A program made the position numbers and the translations under genes. Positions 36,764-46,312 of a stretch of DNA of 64,000 nt are shown piece after piece. Positions within the stretch are counted from its first letter, which is position 1. Every line of letters starts with the position of its first letter. The DNA is from Pseudomonadota bacterium (GTDB taxonomy: Bacteria > Bdellovibrionota_B > Oligoflexia > Oligoflexales > CAIYRB01). A model generated the notes under the pieces. That model saw only the letters and a program-made list of their open reading frames with translations, was not told the DNA's origin and made no database searches. The DNA lies in assembly GCA_031416315.1 (NCBI GenBank), contig JANOTL010000098.1, forward strand, positions 1-64,000. Reading direction: 5' to 3'.

Positions 36764-37252
36764 GTGACGCGCCGTGCTCTCATCGTCCTGTCGTTCGCAA
36801 TCCTCTTCTCTAGCGGCCTCACCGGGTGCAGCGCCTTGCGCCGGGTGCGCGCGTGGCTCACGCCGCCGCAGGTGGCGCCTGCGATTTGGTGGAAGGACCT
36901 CGTCGGCACGGCCTTGCCCGAGCCGCTTTCGACGCTCGGGTCGCGCACCTGGGTCTGGGTGTTTCCGCCGCTGGAGGCGCATTACGCGAGGATGAAGCTC
37001 ACGGCGGAGGCCGCGACCTATTTCGCGAAGGCCCTGCCGCTCACGACGTGGAGCGCGGTGGAGAGCGTGCTCGTCGCCTCGGAGCCGGATCGAGGGGCGA
37101 TGCCTTTCTGGACGCCGGAGGCACGGGCGGGGGTCATGCGCGTTTTCGGCGGCGCGCGGCTCGATGCCGGCGGTCATGAGTGGCTGGTCTACGCCTTGCT
37201 CGACGACGAGCGAGCGGAGGTCTATCTCAGCGCTTTGGAGGTGAAGGAGTGA
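36764..37252 (+). CDS. Hypothetical lipoprotein
   Basis: GAGG RBS, GTG start, lipobox LTGC. Confidence 0.65.
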   Translation: MTRRALIVLSFAILFSSGLTGCSALRRVRAWLTPPQVAPAIWWKDLVGTALPEPLSTLGSRTWVWVFPPLEAHYARMKLTAEAATYFAKALPLTTWSAVESVLVASEPDRGAMPFWTPEARAGVMRVFGGARLDAGGHEWLVYALLDDERAEVYLSALEVKE

Positions 37253-40200
37253 TCGCGATCGACCTCGAGCCCGCGTTCGTCCGCAAGATGCGCGAGCTCT
37301 TGGATCTTGAGCTCGCCCAGGACTTCCCGAAGCCGGCGAAGGCCCGCGGCGGGGTCCTGGTCGCCGAGAAGCTGGCGACCGGCCAGCTCTCCGGAGACGA
37401 GCTCATCGCGACCGTTCGCGACAAAGGCGAGGCGTTCAAGGTGCGCCTGACGCTCCCGGTTTTCGGCGGACCGAGCCGAACGCAGTGCGCGTGCGGCCGT
37501 CAGCACGCCGCCTCGGGCGAGCCGCGCTGCGCGCATGTTTACGCCGCGTTGACCGCGCTGTCCGCCGACCTCGACAAGTACGCGGAAAAGGCCCTCGCCG
37601 TCGACGATGAGTCGGCGCTCTTCGCCGCCATGGACGCCTTCATGGGAGAAGGGCTCGCGAGCGATTCCACGATCGTCGCGGGCGCCGACACCGAAGAAGT
37701 CTTGCGCATCGTCTGGCGCATCGACGACCGGCTGGAGATCTCGCCGCATCTGCAGACGCGAATGGGGAGCGCCTCCTGGTCGAAAGGCCGGCGCCTGCCA
37801 TGGGGCGAGTTCATCGGCTCGCCGGCGTTTTGGGCCTCGCCCGCCGACCAAATGGCGGCGGCCCGCGTCAAGCCGCGGCGCGTCGGCGATCCCGACGACT
37901 TCGAGGTCGACGTATTCGGCCTGCTCGAAGACCTCGACGGACACGCGCTGGTCTTCGGCGAGAGCGAGGCGCCGCTGGCGCTCGCCGCGGGGACGATCGG
38001 GCTCACGGTGCGGACGACGGAGGAAGGCATCGTCGTCGCGAGCCATATCGACGCCGCGCCCGTCGCAAGGCAGTGGATCTTCGCAGGGCAGGGCTACGTG
38101 ACGATGGCGGAGGAGCCGCGGCGCCTGTTCTTCGCGCGCGCAAACAAGGCAACGACCACCTTTCTCGACAAGCTCGAGCGGACGGCGCGGCCGGTGCCGC
38201 TCGAAGGTCGCGACAAGCTCCTGCACTACCTCGTGCGGCTCGAGCAGAAGCTCGCGGTCGCGGTCGGCGAACAGATGGATTTGGCGACGACGCCGGCGAG
38301 CGACACGCTCCACGTGCGGTTGACGCCGATGCAGCCGAGCGGGATCAAGATCGAGCTCTTGGTGCGGCCGGCGCCGAGCGGCGGCTATTTTCCCGCGGGG
38401 CAAGGCCCCGAGGCGGTGCTCGACGTCACCGATCCCGAGACGCCGCGCAACGTTTCACGGGCTTTAGAGCAAGAAGCCGAGAAGGCGTACGCGCTCGTGC
38501 ACGAGCTCGACCTCGCGGGCATGCCATGCGTGCACGGGCACATCTTCTTCGTGCGGACCGACGAGACGGCGCTGGACTTCGTCAACGGCCTCAACGCCTA
38601 TGCGGCGAAGGCGGGCGTCGTCGTCGAGTGGCCGAAGCACGCGCAGAAAAATTACGAAGAGGCCGAGCCTTTGGCGGAGCAGACCTTCCACATCGCCGTC
38701 GGCGAGGGCCGCGATTGGTTCGACGTCGCCGGCACGGTCGACGTCGGCGGGCAAGCGGTCGCGCTGCAGGAGCTGATCGAGGCGATCAAGCGGAAGACGC
38801 GCTACGTGCGCTTGTCCGACGGGCGCTGGACGCGCGTGACCGAGCTCTTCGAGAAGCGCCTGGCGAAGCTCGCCGGGCTTTTCGAGACGACGCGCAAGGG
38901 GCTGGCGTTGCCGGCCGCCGTGATCCCGGCGCTGGCGGCGCTCGATCTCGAGGCGGAGCGCATCGAGATCACGCGGGCGAGCGACGATTTCAAGCGCGCC
39001 AACGCCTTGTTCAAGAAGACGCGGGACATGACGGTCTCTTTGCCCGCAGGCTTCCAAGCGACCTTGCGGCCCTATCAGCAAGCCGGCTTCGAGTGGCTGG
39101 CGCGGCTCGCGGCGTGGGGCATGGGCGCTTGCCTCGCGGACGACATGGGGCTCGGCAAGACGGTGCAGACGCTCGCGGTCCTGCTCCGGCTCGCGGCGGA
39201 CGGCCCTTCGCTCGTGATCGCGCCGACCTCGGTGAGCCCGAATTGGGCGAAGGAGGCGAAAAGGTTCGCGCCGGACCTGCGCGTGATCATGTACCGCGAG
39301 ACCGACCGCGAGACGGTGCTCGAAGGCCTGCGGCCGGGGGATCTCCTGCTCGTGAGCTACGGGCTGGCGCAGCGGGATGCGGAGAAGCTCGCGACGGTGG
39401 AGTGGTCGGCGCTCGTCCTCGACGAGGCGCAGGCGGTGAAAAATTTCCAGACGAAGACGGCGAAGGCGATCGGGCTCCTCTCCGCGCAGTGGCGGCTCGC
39501 GCTCACGGGCACGCCGGTGGAGAACAACTTAGGCGAGCTGTGGAGCATCTTCCGCCTGATCTCGCCCGGGATGCTGGGCTCCTGGGAGGCTTTCAAAAAG
39601 AGCTACGCCGTGCCGATCGAGCGCTTCGATCTGGAGGGCGCGCGCCTCGCCTTGGAGCAGCGGATCCGGCCCTTCATCCTGCGGCGGATGAAGGAAGACC
39701 ATCTCAAGGAGCTGCCGCCGAAGACGGAGATCGACGTCGCGGTCGAGCTCGGCGAGGAGGAGCGGCGCCTCTACGACGCGGTCCGGCTCAGCGCCGTCTC
39801 CGACCTCGAAGCGAAGCTCAAGGCGGCGGAGGCGAAGGCGGCGAAGGATCCCAACGCGAAGGAGCCCGATCAGCGCATGGCGGTGCTCGCGGCGTTGACG
39901 AAGCTGCGCCAGATCGCCTGCCATCCGAAGCTCTTCGATCCGGATTGGGCCGGACCGGCGGCGAAGCTCGCGGCCTTCCTCGAGGTCTGTGCCGATCTGA
40001 AGCAGAACGGGCACCGGGCCTTGGTGTTCTCGCAGTTCACGAGCCATCTCGCCTTGCTCGGCGACGCGCTGCGCCTGCGTGGCTACCGTCTGCTCGATCT
40101 CGACGGCTCGGTGCCGCAGGCGCGGCGCGCGGAGCTGGTCGAGGAGTTTCAGCGGGGTGAGATCGACTTCTTCCTGATCTCGCTCAAAGCCGGCGGGACG

Positions 40201-40458
40201 GGTCTCAATCTCACGGCCGCCGACTTCGTCTTGCACCTGGATCCGTGGTGGAATCCGGCGGTCGAGGATCAGGCGACCGACCGCGCGCACCGAATGGGGC
40301 AGACAAAGCCGCTCACCGTGTACCGCTTCATCGCCTCCGGCACCGTGGAGGAGAAGATCCTGGCCCTGCACGCCGACAAGCGCGAGCTCGTCGACAAGCT
40401 GTTCAGCGGCGCCGGGGCTTCGGTCTCGACGGATACGATGCTGGCTATGCTGCGCTGA
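37249..40458 (+). CDS. SNF2-family DEAD/DEAH helicase with N-terminal SWIM Zn finger
   Basis: CAC...CAH, LRPYQ..G, LADDMGLGKT, LDEAQ..KN, LTGTPVEN, FSQF, SLKAGGTGLNL, DPWWNPAVEDQATDRAHRMGQ. Confidence 0.95.
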   Translation: MIAIDLEPAFVRKMRELLDLELAQDFPKPAKARGGVLVAEKLATGQLSGDELIATVRDKGEAFKVRLTLPVFGGPSRTQCACGRQHAASGEPRCAHVYAALTALSADLDKYAEKALAVDDESALFAAMDAFMGEGLASDSTIVAGADTEEVLRIVWRIDDRLEISPHLQTRMGSASWSKGRRLPWGEFIGSPAFWASPADQMAAARVKPRRVGDPDDFEVDVFGLLEDLDGHALVFGESEAPLALAAGTIGLTVRTTEEGIVVASHIDAAPVARQWIFAGQGYVTMAEEPRRLFFARANKATTTFLDKLERTARPVPLEGRDKLLHYLVRLEQKLAVAVGEQMDLATTPASDTLHVRLTPMQPSGIKIELLVRPAPSGGYFPAGQGPEAVLDVTDPETPRNVSRALEQEAEKAYALVHELDLAGMPCVHGHIFFVRTDETALDFVNGLNAYAAKAGVVVEWPKHAQKNYEEAEPLAEQTFHIAVGEGRDWFDVAGTVDVGGQAVALQELIEAIKRKTRYVRLSDGRWTRVTELFEKRLAKLAGLFETTRKGLALPAAVIPALAALDLEAERIEITRASDDFKRANALFKKTRDMTVSLPAGFQATLRPYQQAGFEWLARLAAWGMGACLADDMGLGKTVQTLAVLLRLAADGPSLVIAPTSVSPNWAKEAKRFAPDLRVIMYRETDRETVLEGLRPGDLLLVSYGLAQRDAEKLATVEWSALVLDEAQAVKNFQTKTAKAIGLLSAQWRLALTGTPVENNLGELWSIFRLISPGMLGSWEAFKKSYAVPIERFDLEGARLALEQRIRPFILRRMKEDHLKELPPKTEIDVAVELGEEERRLYDAVRLSAVSDLEAKLKAAEAKAAKDPNAKEPDQRMAVLAALTKLRQIACHPKLFDPDWAGPAAKLAAFLEVCADLKQNGHRALVFSQFTSHLALLGDALRLRGYRLLDLDGSVPQARRAELVEEFQRGEIDFFLISLKAGGTGLNLTAADFVLHLDPWWNPAVEDQATDRAHRMGQTKPLTVYRFIASGTVEEKILALHADKRELVDKLFSGAGASVSTDTMLAMLR

Positions 40459-41161
40459 CTTCGTCGTGCTTGGAGGCGGGCGCGGTTTCCGCCGTGCGCG
40501 TCACGGCTTGCGCCGTCGTCTGCGGTTGAGCTTGAGTCTCGGCGGCTGCTTCGCGCGCCGCCTTGCGCTTCCCCAGCTTCCACTTCGCGAAGATCACGAT
40601 CCCTGCGGTGGCGATCGCGGCGACGATGCCGTGGTTCGCGCGCTGGATGTTCGCGATGACGCTCTCCATCTGGTCGCCGAAGTAGTAGACCGAGTAGACG
40701 ATGGCCGGCACGCTGATCAGCGCGGCGAGGCCGTCGTAGAGGAGAAAAGCGCGCGTCGGGACGCCGAGCGCGCCCGCGGTGAAGAAGAGGGGCGAGCGCA
40801 GGCCCGGCATGAAGCGGGCGGCGAAGAGGATCTTGTTGCCGCGTTTCTGCAGCACCTCGGCGACCTTGTTCAGGCGCGCCTCGGGGAGGAGCCGCGCGAG
40901 AAAGCCCTTCTTCGCGACCTTCAGCCCGTAGCGGCGGCCGAGGAAGAACATGGTGCCGTCGCCGATCATCACGCCGGCCAGGCCGACGGCGATCATTCCA
41001 TAAACGTTGGCGGCCTTCGCGTAGGCGAGGATGCCGGCCGCGATCAGGGTGATGTCCTCGGGGATCGGGACGCCGCAGCCGCAGGCGAGCAGGATCAGGA
41101 AGACGACGACGTAGGCCGTCGGGCCTTGGAACCCGAGGAGGAGCTCAGCTAGCTTTGGCAC
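40445..41161 (-). CDS. dedA: DedA family membrane protein
   Basis: G.PIPEDITLI.AG, GD...F.LGR, ARFMPGLR. Confidence 0.9.
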   Translation of the reverse strand: MPKLAELLLGFQGPTAYVVVFLILLACGCGVPIPEDITLIAAGILAYAKAANVYGMIAVGLAGVMIGDGTMFFLGRRYGLKVAKKGFLARLLPEARLNKVAEVLQKRGNKILFAARFMPGLRSPLFFTAGALGVPTRAFLLYDGLAALISVPAIVYSVYYFGDQMESVIANIQRANHGIVAAIATAGIVIFAKWKLGKRKAAREAAAETQAQPQTTAQAVTRTAETAPASKHDEVSAA

Positions 41162-42071
41162 TCGGGGTTCCTCCTTCTTTGCGCTTCGCGATGATGGATG
41201 CCAGGATCGAGGCGGCTAGGAGCCCGAAGACGACGCCGAGCGCCCAACCTATCGGCACTTTCACGACGTCTGTTAGCAGCATTTTCGCCCCGACGAACGC
41301 GAGGATGGCGGCCAGGCCGTAGTGTAGGTAGGCGAAAGCGTTAACGGCTCCGGCGAGCATGAAGTAGAGGGACCTGAGCCCCAAGATGGCGAAGACGTTC
41401 GAGGTATAGACGAGAAAGGGGTCCTCGGTGATCGCGAGGATCGCCGGGATCGAGTCGACGGCGAAGATCACGTCGGAGACCTCGACGACGAGAAGGGCGA
41501 CGAAGAGTGGAGTCGCGACCCGCTTCCCGTGCGAAAGGATGAAGAACTTGTCGCCGTGCAGCTCCGGAGTCACCGGCACGAGGCGGCGGAAGAGCTTGAT
41601 CACCGGATTATGGGCCGGATCGACCTCTTGCCCGTGCGAGCGCACCATCTTGATCGCGGTGAAGATCAGGAAGGCGCCGAAGACGTAGACCACCCAGTGG
41701 AACTTCTGGATTAGAGCGACGCCGGCGAAGATGAAGCCCGCGCGCATCAGCAGCGCGCCGAGGATCCCCCAGAAGAGGACCTTGTGCTGATGCTGCTGCG
41801 GGATCTTGAAGTAAGCGAAGATGGTGAGGAAGACGAAGACGTTGTCGACGCTCAGCGATTTCTCGATCAGGTAGCCGGTGAGGAAGGCCGTGCCCGCCTC
41901 CGCGCCCTGAAAGAAATAGAGGCCCCCGCAAAAGAGGAGGGCGAGCGTCACCCAGACGCTGCTCCAGACCGCGGCTTCCTTGACGCTGACGACGTGCGCC
42001 TTCTTGTGAAAGACGCCGAGGTCGAGCGCCAACATGCCCAAAACGAAGAGGTTGAAGAGGAGCCAAGTCAT
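41145..42071 (-). CDS. TerC/Alx family membrane protein
   Basis: EKSLSVDNVFVF, LFWGILGAL.MR, E.SD.IFAVDSIPA, SNVFAILGLRSLYF. Confidence 0.95.
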   Translation of the reverse strand: MTWLLFNLFVLGMLALDLGVFHKKAHVVSVKEAAVWSSVWVTLALLFCGGLYFFQGAEAGTAFLTGYLIEKSLSVDNVFVFLTIFAYFKIPQQHQHKVLFWGILGALLMRAGFIFAGVALIQKFHWVVYVFGAFLIFTAIKMVRSHGQEVDPAHNPVIKLFRRLVPVTPELHGDKFFILSHGKRVATPLFVALLVVEVSDVIFAVDSIPAILAITEDPFLVYTSNVFAILGLRSLYFMLAGAVNAFAYLHYGLAAILAFVGAKMLLTDVVKVPIGWALGVVFGLLAASILASIIAKRKEGGTPSAKAS

Positions 42072-42145
42072 GGTCCCAGTTTCGGCCAGAATCTCAGATC
42101 CATAAAATTGATAATCTCGATCGATTTGATCTAGAATCTGGACCC

Positions 42146-43024
42146 ATGAAGACTTGGCTAAATTTTCAACATCTGCGCTATTTCCAAATGATCGCGCAGG
42201 AAGGCGGCGTGGCGAAGGCGGCGGCGAAGTTGCGCCTCGGTCAGTCGACCTTGTCGACGCAGCTCGGGCAGCTGGAGGATCAGATCGGGCTCGCGCTCTT
42301 CGAGCGGCGGCAGCGGCGGCTCTTTCTGACCGAGGCGGGGCGGATCGCGCTCGACTACGCCGGCGAGATCTTCAAGCTGGGCGACGAGCTGCTCGACGCG
42401 CTGCACGATCGCCGCGACGATTTCCGCCTCCGCGTGCAGATCGGCGCGCTCGACGCGGTGCCGAAGGCGGTCGTCGTCGAGCTCGTCGGCGTGGCGCAAG
42501 CGCACGCGCCCTGCGCGATCTCGGTGAGCGAGGGACAAGCGGACGAGCTCTTGCGCGCGCTGAAAGCCCACGAGATCGACCTCGCGCTCTTCAACTATCA
42601 GCCGGCTTTCGAGCGCACGGGCTTGATGGCGCGGCTCGCGCGCCGGACGCCCGTCGTCGTGCTCGGTGCGCCGGGGTTCGCGAAGTTGGCGAAGGGCTTC
42701 CCGCAGTCCTTGAAAGGGCAGCCTTTCGTGATGCCGGGCTCGCAGTCGCGGCTGCGCCACGACGTCGATCATTTCCTCAAAGTGCGTGGCATTCCGGTCG
42801 ACGTCGTGCTGGAGGCCCAGGACACGAGCCTTTTGACGCTTTTGGCGGCGGAGGGCGCGGGGCTCATCCCGGTCGGCGCGTCGTCGGCGGACGAGCTGGA
42901 GCGGAAGTACAAGTTGAAGCGCCTCGGCACCTTGCCGGACGTGCACGAAGAGCTGTGGTTGATCGCGGGCGAGCGGCGGATCGAGAATCCGGTCGCGGCG
43001 CGGTTGTTCAAGTCTTTCCGATAA
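42146..43024 (+). CDS. LysR family transcriptional regulator (NhaR-like)
   Basis: WLNFQHLRYF, HTH region QSTLSTQL..LE, LTEAG; divergent from terC. Confidence 0.92.
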   Translation: MKTWLNFQHLRYFQMIAQEGGVAKAAAKLRLGQSTLSTQLGQLEDQIGLALFERRQRRLFLTEAGRIALDYAGEIFKLGDELLDALHDRRDDFRLRVQIGALDAVPKAVVVELVGVAQAHAPCAISVSEGQADELLRALKAHEIDLALFNYQPAFERTGLMARLARRTPVVVLGAPGFAKLAKGFPQSLKGQPFVMPGSQSRLRHDVDHFLKVRGIPVDVVLEAQDTSLLTLLAAEGAGLIPVGASSADELERKYKLKRLGTLPDVHEELWLIAGERRIENPVAARLFKSFR

Positions 43025-43054
43025 AGACCACCGAAGAAATCAATAATTCAGACT

Positions 43055-43094
43055 TCGCATTTCATTGAAAGCGCCCCGCATCAATGAAATGCGA
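43055..43094. repeat. 14-bp perfect inverted repeat between convergent genes (possible terminator)
   Basis: TCGCATTTCATTGA-N12-TCAATGAAATGCGA. Confidence 0.7.
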
Positions 43095-43121
43095 GGTGCC
43101 CTTTAAAAGTACGCGACGAGA

Positions 43122-43358
43122 TCAGAGGCAAGTGACCTCGACGTCGGCGCACAGCAGCGAGCCGCCTTGGCTGCCGACCATGACTTGGTCAAACATGCAG
43201 CGGTAGCCGCCGCTGTACTGCGGGTAGCCGACACGGACTTGGCAGCTGCCCGTTTTAGGGGCTACCACTTCGTCCCCGTCGTTCCCGTAGGCGTAACCTA
43301 CGAGCCCGGCTGCCACGATCGAGCCACCTAGCGCCATCCCTTTGAGAAAGCTGAGCAT
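43122..43358 (-). CDS. Small exported four-Cys protein
   Basis: GGAGG RBS; N-terminal hydrophobic segment; C...C...VMVG......C......C. Confidence 0.65.
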   Translation of the reverse strand: MLSFLKGMALGGSIVAAGLVGYAYGNDGDEVVAPKTGSCQVRVGYPQYSGGYRCMFDQVMVGSQGGSLLCADVEVTCL

Positions 43359-43446
43359 CTGGTCCCCTCCAAAAACGAGCGGAGAAAGAAATTCCTTTTT
43401 GTTTTAAACTGATAGGACGATTGTCATCAAGGAAGAAGGGCACACA

Positions 43447-44073
43447 ATGACGACCACGACGAACATCAAGACGGCAGACGAAGTTCAGTCCAACGCGTGG
43501 ACCGATCTCGGCCTCGGCGACATGATGACCGAAGCGAAGCTCCTGCAGCGCCGCCAGCTCTTCATCTCCGAAGCCATCACCTCGCGCTCGGCGAAGCGGT
43601 TCATCTCGGAGCTCCTCTCGCTGGAGGCCGACAAGGCAGGCGCGCCGATCACCATCTTCCTGAACAGCCCGGGCGGCGAGGTGAACAGCGGTTTCGCCAT
43701 CTTCGACACCATTCGCTTCATCAGCTCCCCCGTCACCATCGTCAATACGGGCCTTTGCGCCTCGATCGCCACCGTGATCAACGTCGCGGCGAAGAAGAAC
43801 CGCCGCTTCTCGATGCCCAACGCCAAGTTCCTGATTCACCAACCCTTGATCCCGGGTCAGGTCTACGGTCAGGCCTCCGACCTCGAGATCACGGCTCGCG
43901 AGATCCTCAAGACCCGCGAGAAGATCAACCGCCTCCTTTCCGACGAGACCGGCTCCCCGATCGAGAAGGTCTCGAAAGACACCGTCCGCGACTACTGGAT
44001 GAACGCCCAGGAGGCCGTCGAGTACGGTTTGGTCACCCGAATCGTCGAGAACGTGAAGGACATGGACAAGTAA
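43447..44073 (+). CDS. clpP: ATP-dependent Clp protease proteolytic subunit
   Basis: LNSPGG, GLCAS (Ser), IHQP (His), RDYWM.A.EA..YGL. Confidence 0.95.
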   Translation: MTTTTNIKTADEVQSNAWTDLGLGDMMTEAKLLQRRQLFISEAITSRSAKRFISELLSLEADKAGAPITIFLNSPGGEVNSGFAIFDTIRFISSPVTIVNTGLCASIATVINVAAKKNRRFSMPNAKFLIHQPLIPGQVYGQASDLEITAREILKTREKINRLLSDETGSPIEKVSKDTVRDYWMNAQEAVEYGLVTRIVENVKDMDK

Positions 44074-44118
44074 GCCTTTTCAGGTCCCCCACGATGCGTT
44101 AGATAAGTGGACCGCGAT

Positions 44119-44205
44119 GCGATCGTGGTGGAATTGGTAGACACGCTGGTCTCAGAAGCCAGTGGGCTTACGCCTGTGGAGGTTCAAGTCCTCTCGATCG
44201 CACCA
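44119..44205 (+). tRNA. tRNA-Leu (anticodon CAG)
   Basis: Acceptor stem GCGATCG/CGATCGC, D-loop GGAATTGGTAGAC, anticodon arm CTGGT-CTCAGAA-GCCAG, long variable arm, GGTTCAAGTCC, encoded CCA. Confidence 0.97.
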
Positions 44206-44268
44206 GCCTTCGCCAAGGCTACGGCTGGCAAGCCAGCTTAGGCTACGTAAGTCAGCTTAGGCGGTCCG

Positions 44269-46047
44269 ATGAAGAGCGCCCACGGAGACTTCGTGAAGCG
44301 CTCCTTCGTCTTCGGCTACCTCAAGCACGACCTGCCGAGCCTCGTCGTCGCGACCACGTTCGCGCTCGGGCTCGGCGTGACGGCGGCGTCAGTAGGCGCG
44401 CTGAGCGGGCTCGCGTTCCAGGTCTTGAGCGCGACGGGAAACGAGACGCTGCGGTTCGAGCAGACCTTCGGGCCTTCGCTTGGACCTTTGGCGGCCTGGA
44501 TCCTCGGGCGCGACGGCGTGAGCTCGGGCGAGCTGATGCGGCTCTTGCCGCAATGGCTAATCGTGCTCGCGGGGGCGAAGGCGCTTTTCGGGCTCGTGCA
44601 GTGGTACCTCTGGGAGCGCGCCGGCGAGCGCGCGGCTTTGACGATGCGCGCGGATCTGGTCGACGCGTTTCTGCGCCTGGATCCAGCGCAGCGGCGCGAG
44701 GGCGCGGCGCTCGCGGTCGAGGCGGACCTGTCGTCGACGGTGACGACCGACGTGCGGATGCTGCGCGAGTACATCGTCCATTTCTACGGCGGCCTGCCGC
44801 GGGAAGCGCTGCAGATCGTGTTCACGACGGCGACCCTGATCGCCTTGTCGCCGAAGCTGACGGCGATCTTTTTCCTCGCCGTCGCGCCGACGGCCGCCGT
44901 GGTGAGCAAGATCGGGCGCAAGCTCCGCAAGCGGGCGCGCGCCGCGCTCGAGGATTCCTCGTCGCTGACGGAGTGGCTGCAGCAGCGCTTGCTCGGGATC
45001 GAGACGATCAAGCACTACCGGACGGAGGGCCTCGAGGATGCGAAGATGGTCGAGCTCGGGACCGAGCTGCACCGGAAGTTTCAGCGCGCGGCGCGAGTGA
45101 AGGCCAGGACCTCGCCGGCGATGGAGGCGTTCGCGGTGATCGCGCTCGGCGCCGTGCTCGTCGTCGCGCTCGGGGACGTGGCTGCGGAGCGGGCGACGGG
45201 CGCGCAGCTCTTCTGGTTTTTCTCGAGCCTCGCTTTGATGTCGCAGGCGGGGGCGAAGCTCGGCAAGTACTTGAACTCGAATCGCGAGGGCGCGGCGGCG
45301 GTCGATCGGCTGCGCCACGTCCTCGACTCTTTGCGGGCGCATCGCCGAGGCGAGGGCTTCGTCGGCGAAGGCGAGCGGCTCGCGTTCGCGAACGTGTCCG
45401 TGCAATATCCGGGGACGAAAGCGAAGGCCTTGGCGGATTTCAGCTTCACGTTCGCGCCCGGCAAGATCTACTGCTTGGTCGGGCCCTCGGGCGCCGGGAA
45501 GAGCACGGTCTTCGGCGCGGCCCTAGGCCTGATTCGGCCGCAGAGCGGCACCGTGGCGGCGCCGAAGGCGCTGCTCTCGATGCCGCAGCAGGTGCGTTTG
45601 GCGCCAGCGAGCTTGGCGGCGAACGTCGCGTATCCCGATGCGAGCTGGGATGCGGCGCGAATCGACTTCGCTTTGGCGCGCGTCGGCTTGGCCAACGTGA
45701 CGAGGGAGCTGCCGGAAGCGCAGGAGACCTTGGTCGGCGAGGGGGGCCGCGGCGTCAGCGGCGGGCAAGCGCAGCGGATCTTGCTGGCGCGGCTGCACTA
45801 TCGGCGCGCACCTGTTGTTCTGGTGGACGAGGGAACGTCGGCCTTGGATCCAGAAGTCGAGATTTTGGTGCACGGCTTGCTGCGGGAGCTCGCGGATGCG
45901 GGCGCGACCGTGATCGCGATCGCGCATCGCCCTTCGGCGGCGGCGATTGCCGACGAGGTGTTGTTGCTGGACGGCGGCAGGTTGGTGGCGAGCGGAACTT
46001 TGGGAGTGGTCGAGAGGACCGCGTTGTTTCAGCGGTTGATGCGGTGA
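44269..46047 (+). CDS. ABC exporter, fused TMD+NBD (MsbA-like)
   Basis: About six TM segments, Walker A GPSGAGKS, signature VSGGQAQR, Walker B LVDEGTSALD, IAHR. Confidence 0.92.
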   Translation: MKSAHGDFVKRSFVFGYLKHDLPSLVVATTFALGLGVTAASVGALSGLAFQVLSATGNETLRFEQTFGPSLGPLAAWILGRDGVSSGELMRLLPQWLIVLAGAKALFGLVQWYLWERAGERAALTMRADLVDAFLRLDPAQRREGAALAVEADLSSTVTTDVRMLREYIVHFYGGLPREALQIVFTTATLIALSPKLTAIFFLAVAPTAAVVSKIGRKLRKRARAALEDSSSLTEWLQQRLLGIETIKHYRTEGLEDAKMVELGTELHRKFQRAARVKARTSPAMEAFAVIALGAVLVVALGDVAAERATGAQLFWFFSSLALMSQAGAKLGKYLNSNREGAAAVDRLRHVLDSLRAHRRGEGFVGEGERLAFANVSVQYPGTKAKALADFSFTFAPGKIYCLVGPSGAGKSTVFGAALGLIRPQSGTVAAPKALLSMPQQVRLAPASLAANVAYPDASWDAARIDFALARVGLANVTRELPEAQETLVGEGGRGVSGGQAQRILLARLHYRRAPVVLVDEGTSALDPEVEILVHGLLRELADAGATVIAIAHRPSAAAIADEVLLLDGGRLVASGTLGVVERTALFQRLMR

Positions 46048-46312
46048 CGCAGATTCGCCCGGCGCTGCGACGATCCTGATAACATCAGCTCGGCATCGGA
46101 TGACTCATCCCCGGGACATCGACAGCCTGCCGCACTGCGCGTAACGTCATCGAAGTAGGTCATTCTCGTGATCTGTACGATATGCGCACGTCAGGGCGCT
46201 TACGCCCTTTGCTCGCAACCGTCACGATTGGAAAAGACCCGCTTCACCTTGCCGCTGATCGACGTTGGTAGCGCGATCGGACTCGGCAGTTTGGCTTCAT
46301 TGGCCAGAAAGT

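Noticed and set aside
37800..40160. Long Arg-rich alternative-frame and antisense ORFs (here and throughout the window)
   Set aside because: Expected shadows in high-GC coding DNA; no motifs or RBS.
37249..40458. SNF2 helicase as part of a defence system (DISARM/Zorya-like)
   Set aside because: Common stand-alone SWIM-SNF2 architecture; the neighbours are priA and dedA, with no methylase or other defence genes.
41145..42145. Tellurite-resistance operon or yybP-ykoY riboswitch before terC
   Set aside because: Single Alx-type TerC with no other ter genes; the 74-nt gap is shared with the divergent LysR promoter and is too short.
46174..46190. TGTACG-N5-CGCAC, a Crp-family-like site upstream of the ice-binding gene
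   Set aside because: Imperfect symmetry, single occurrence, and no cognate regulator adjacent.
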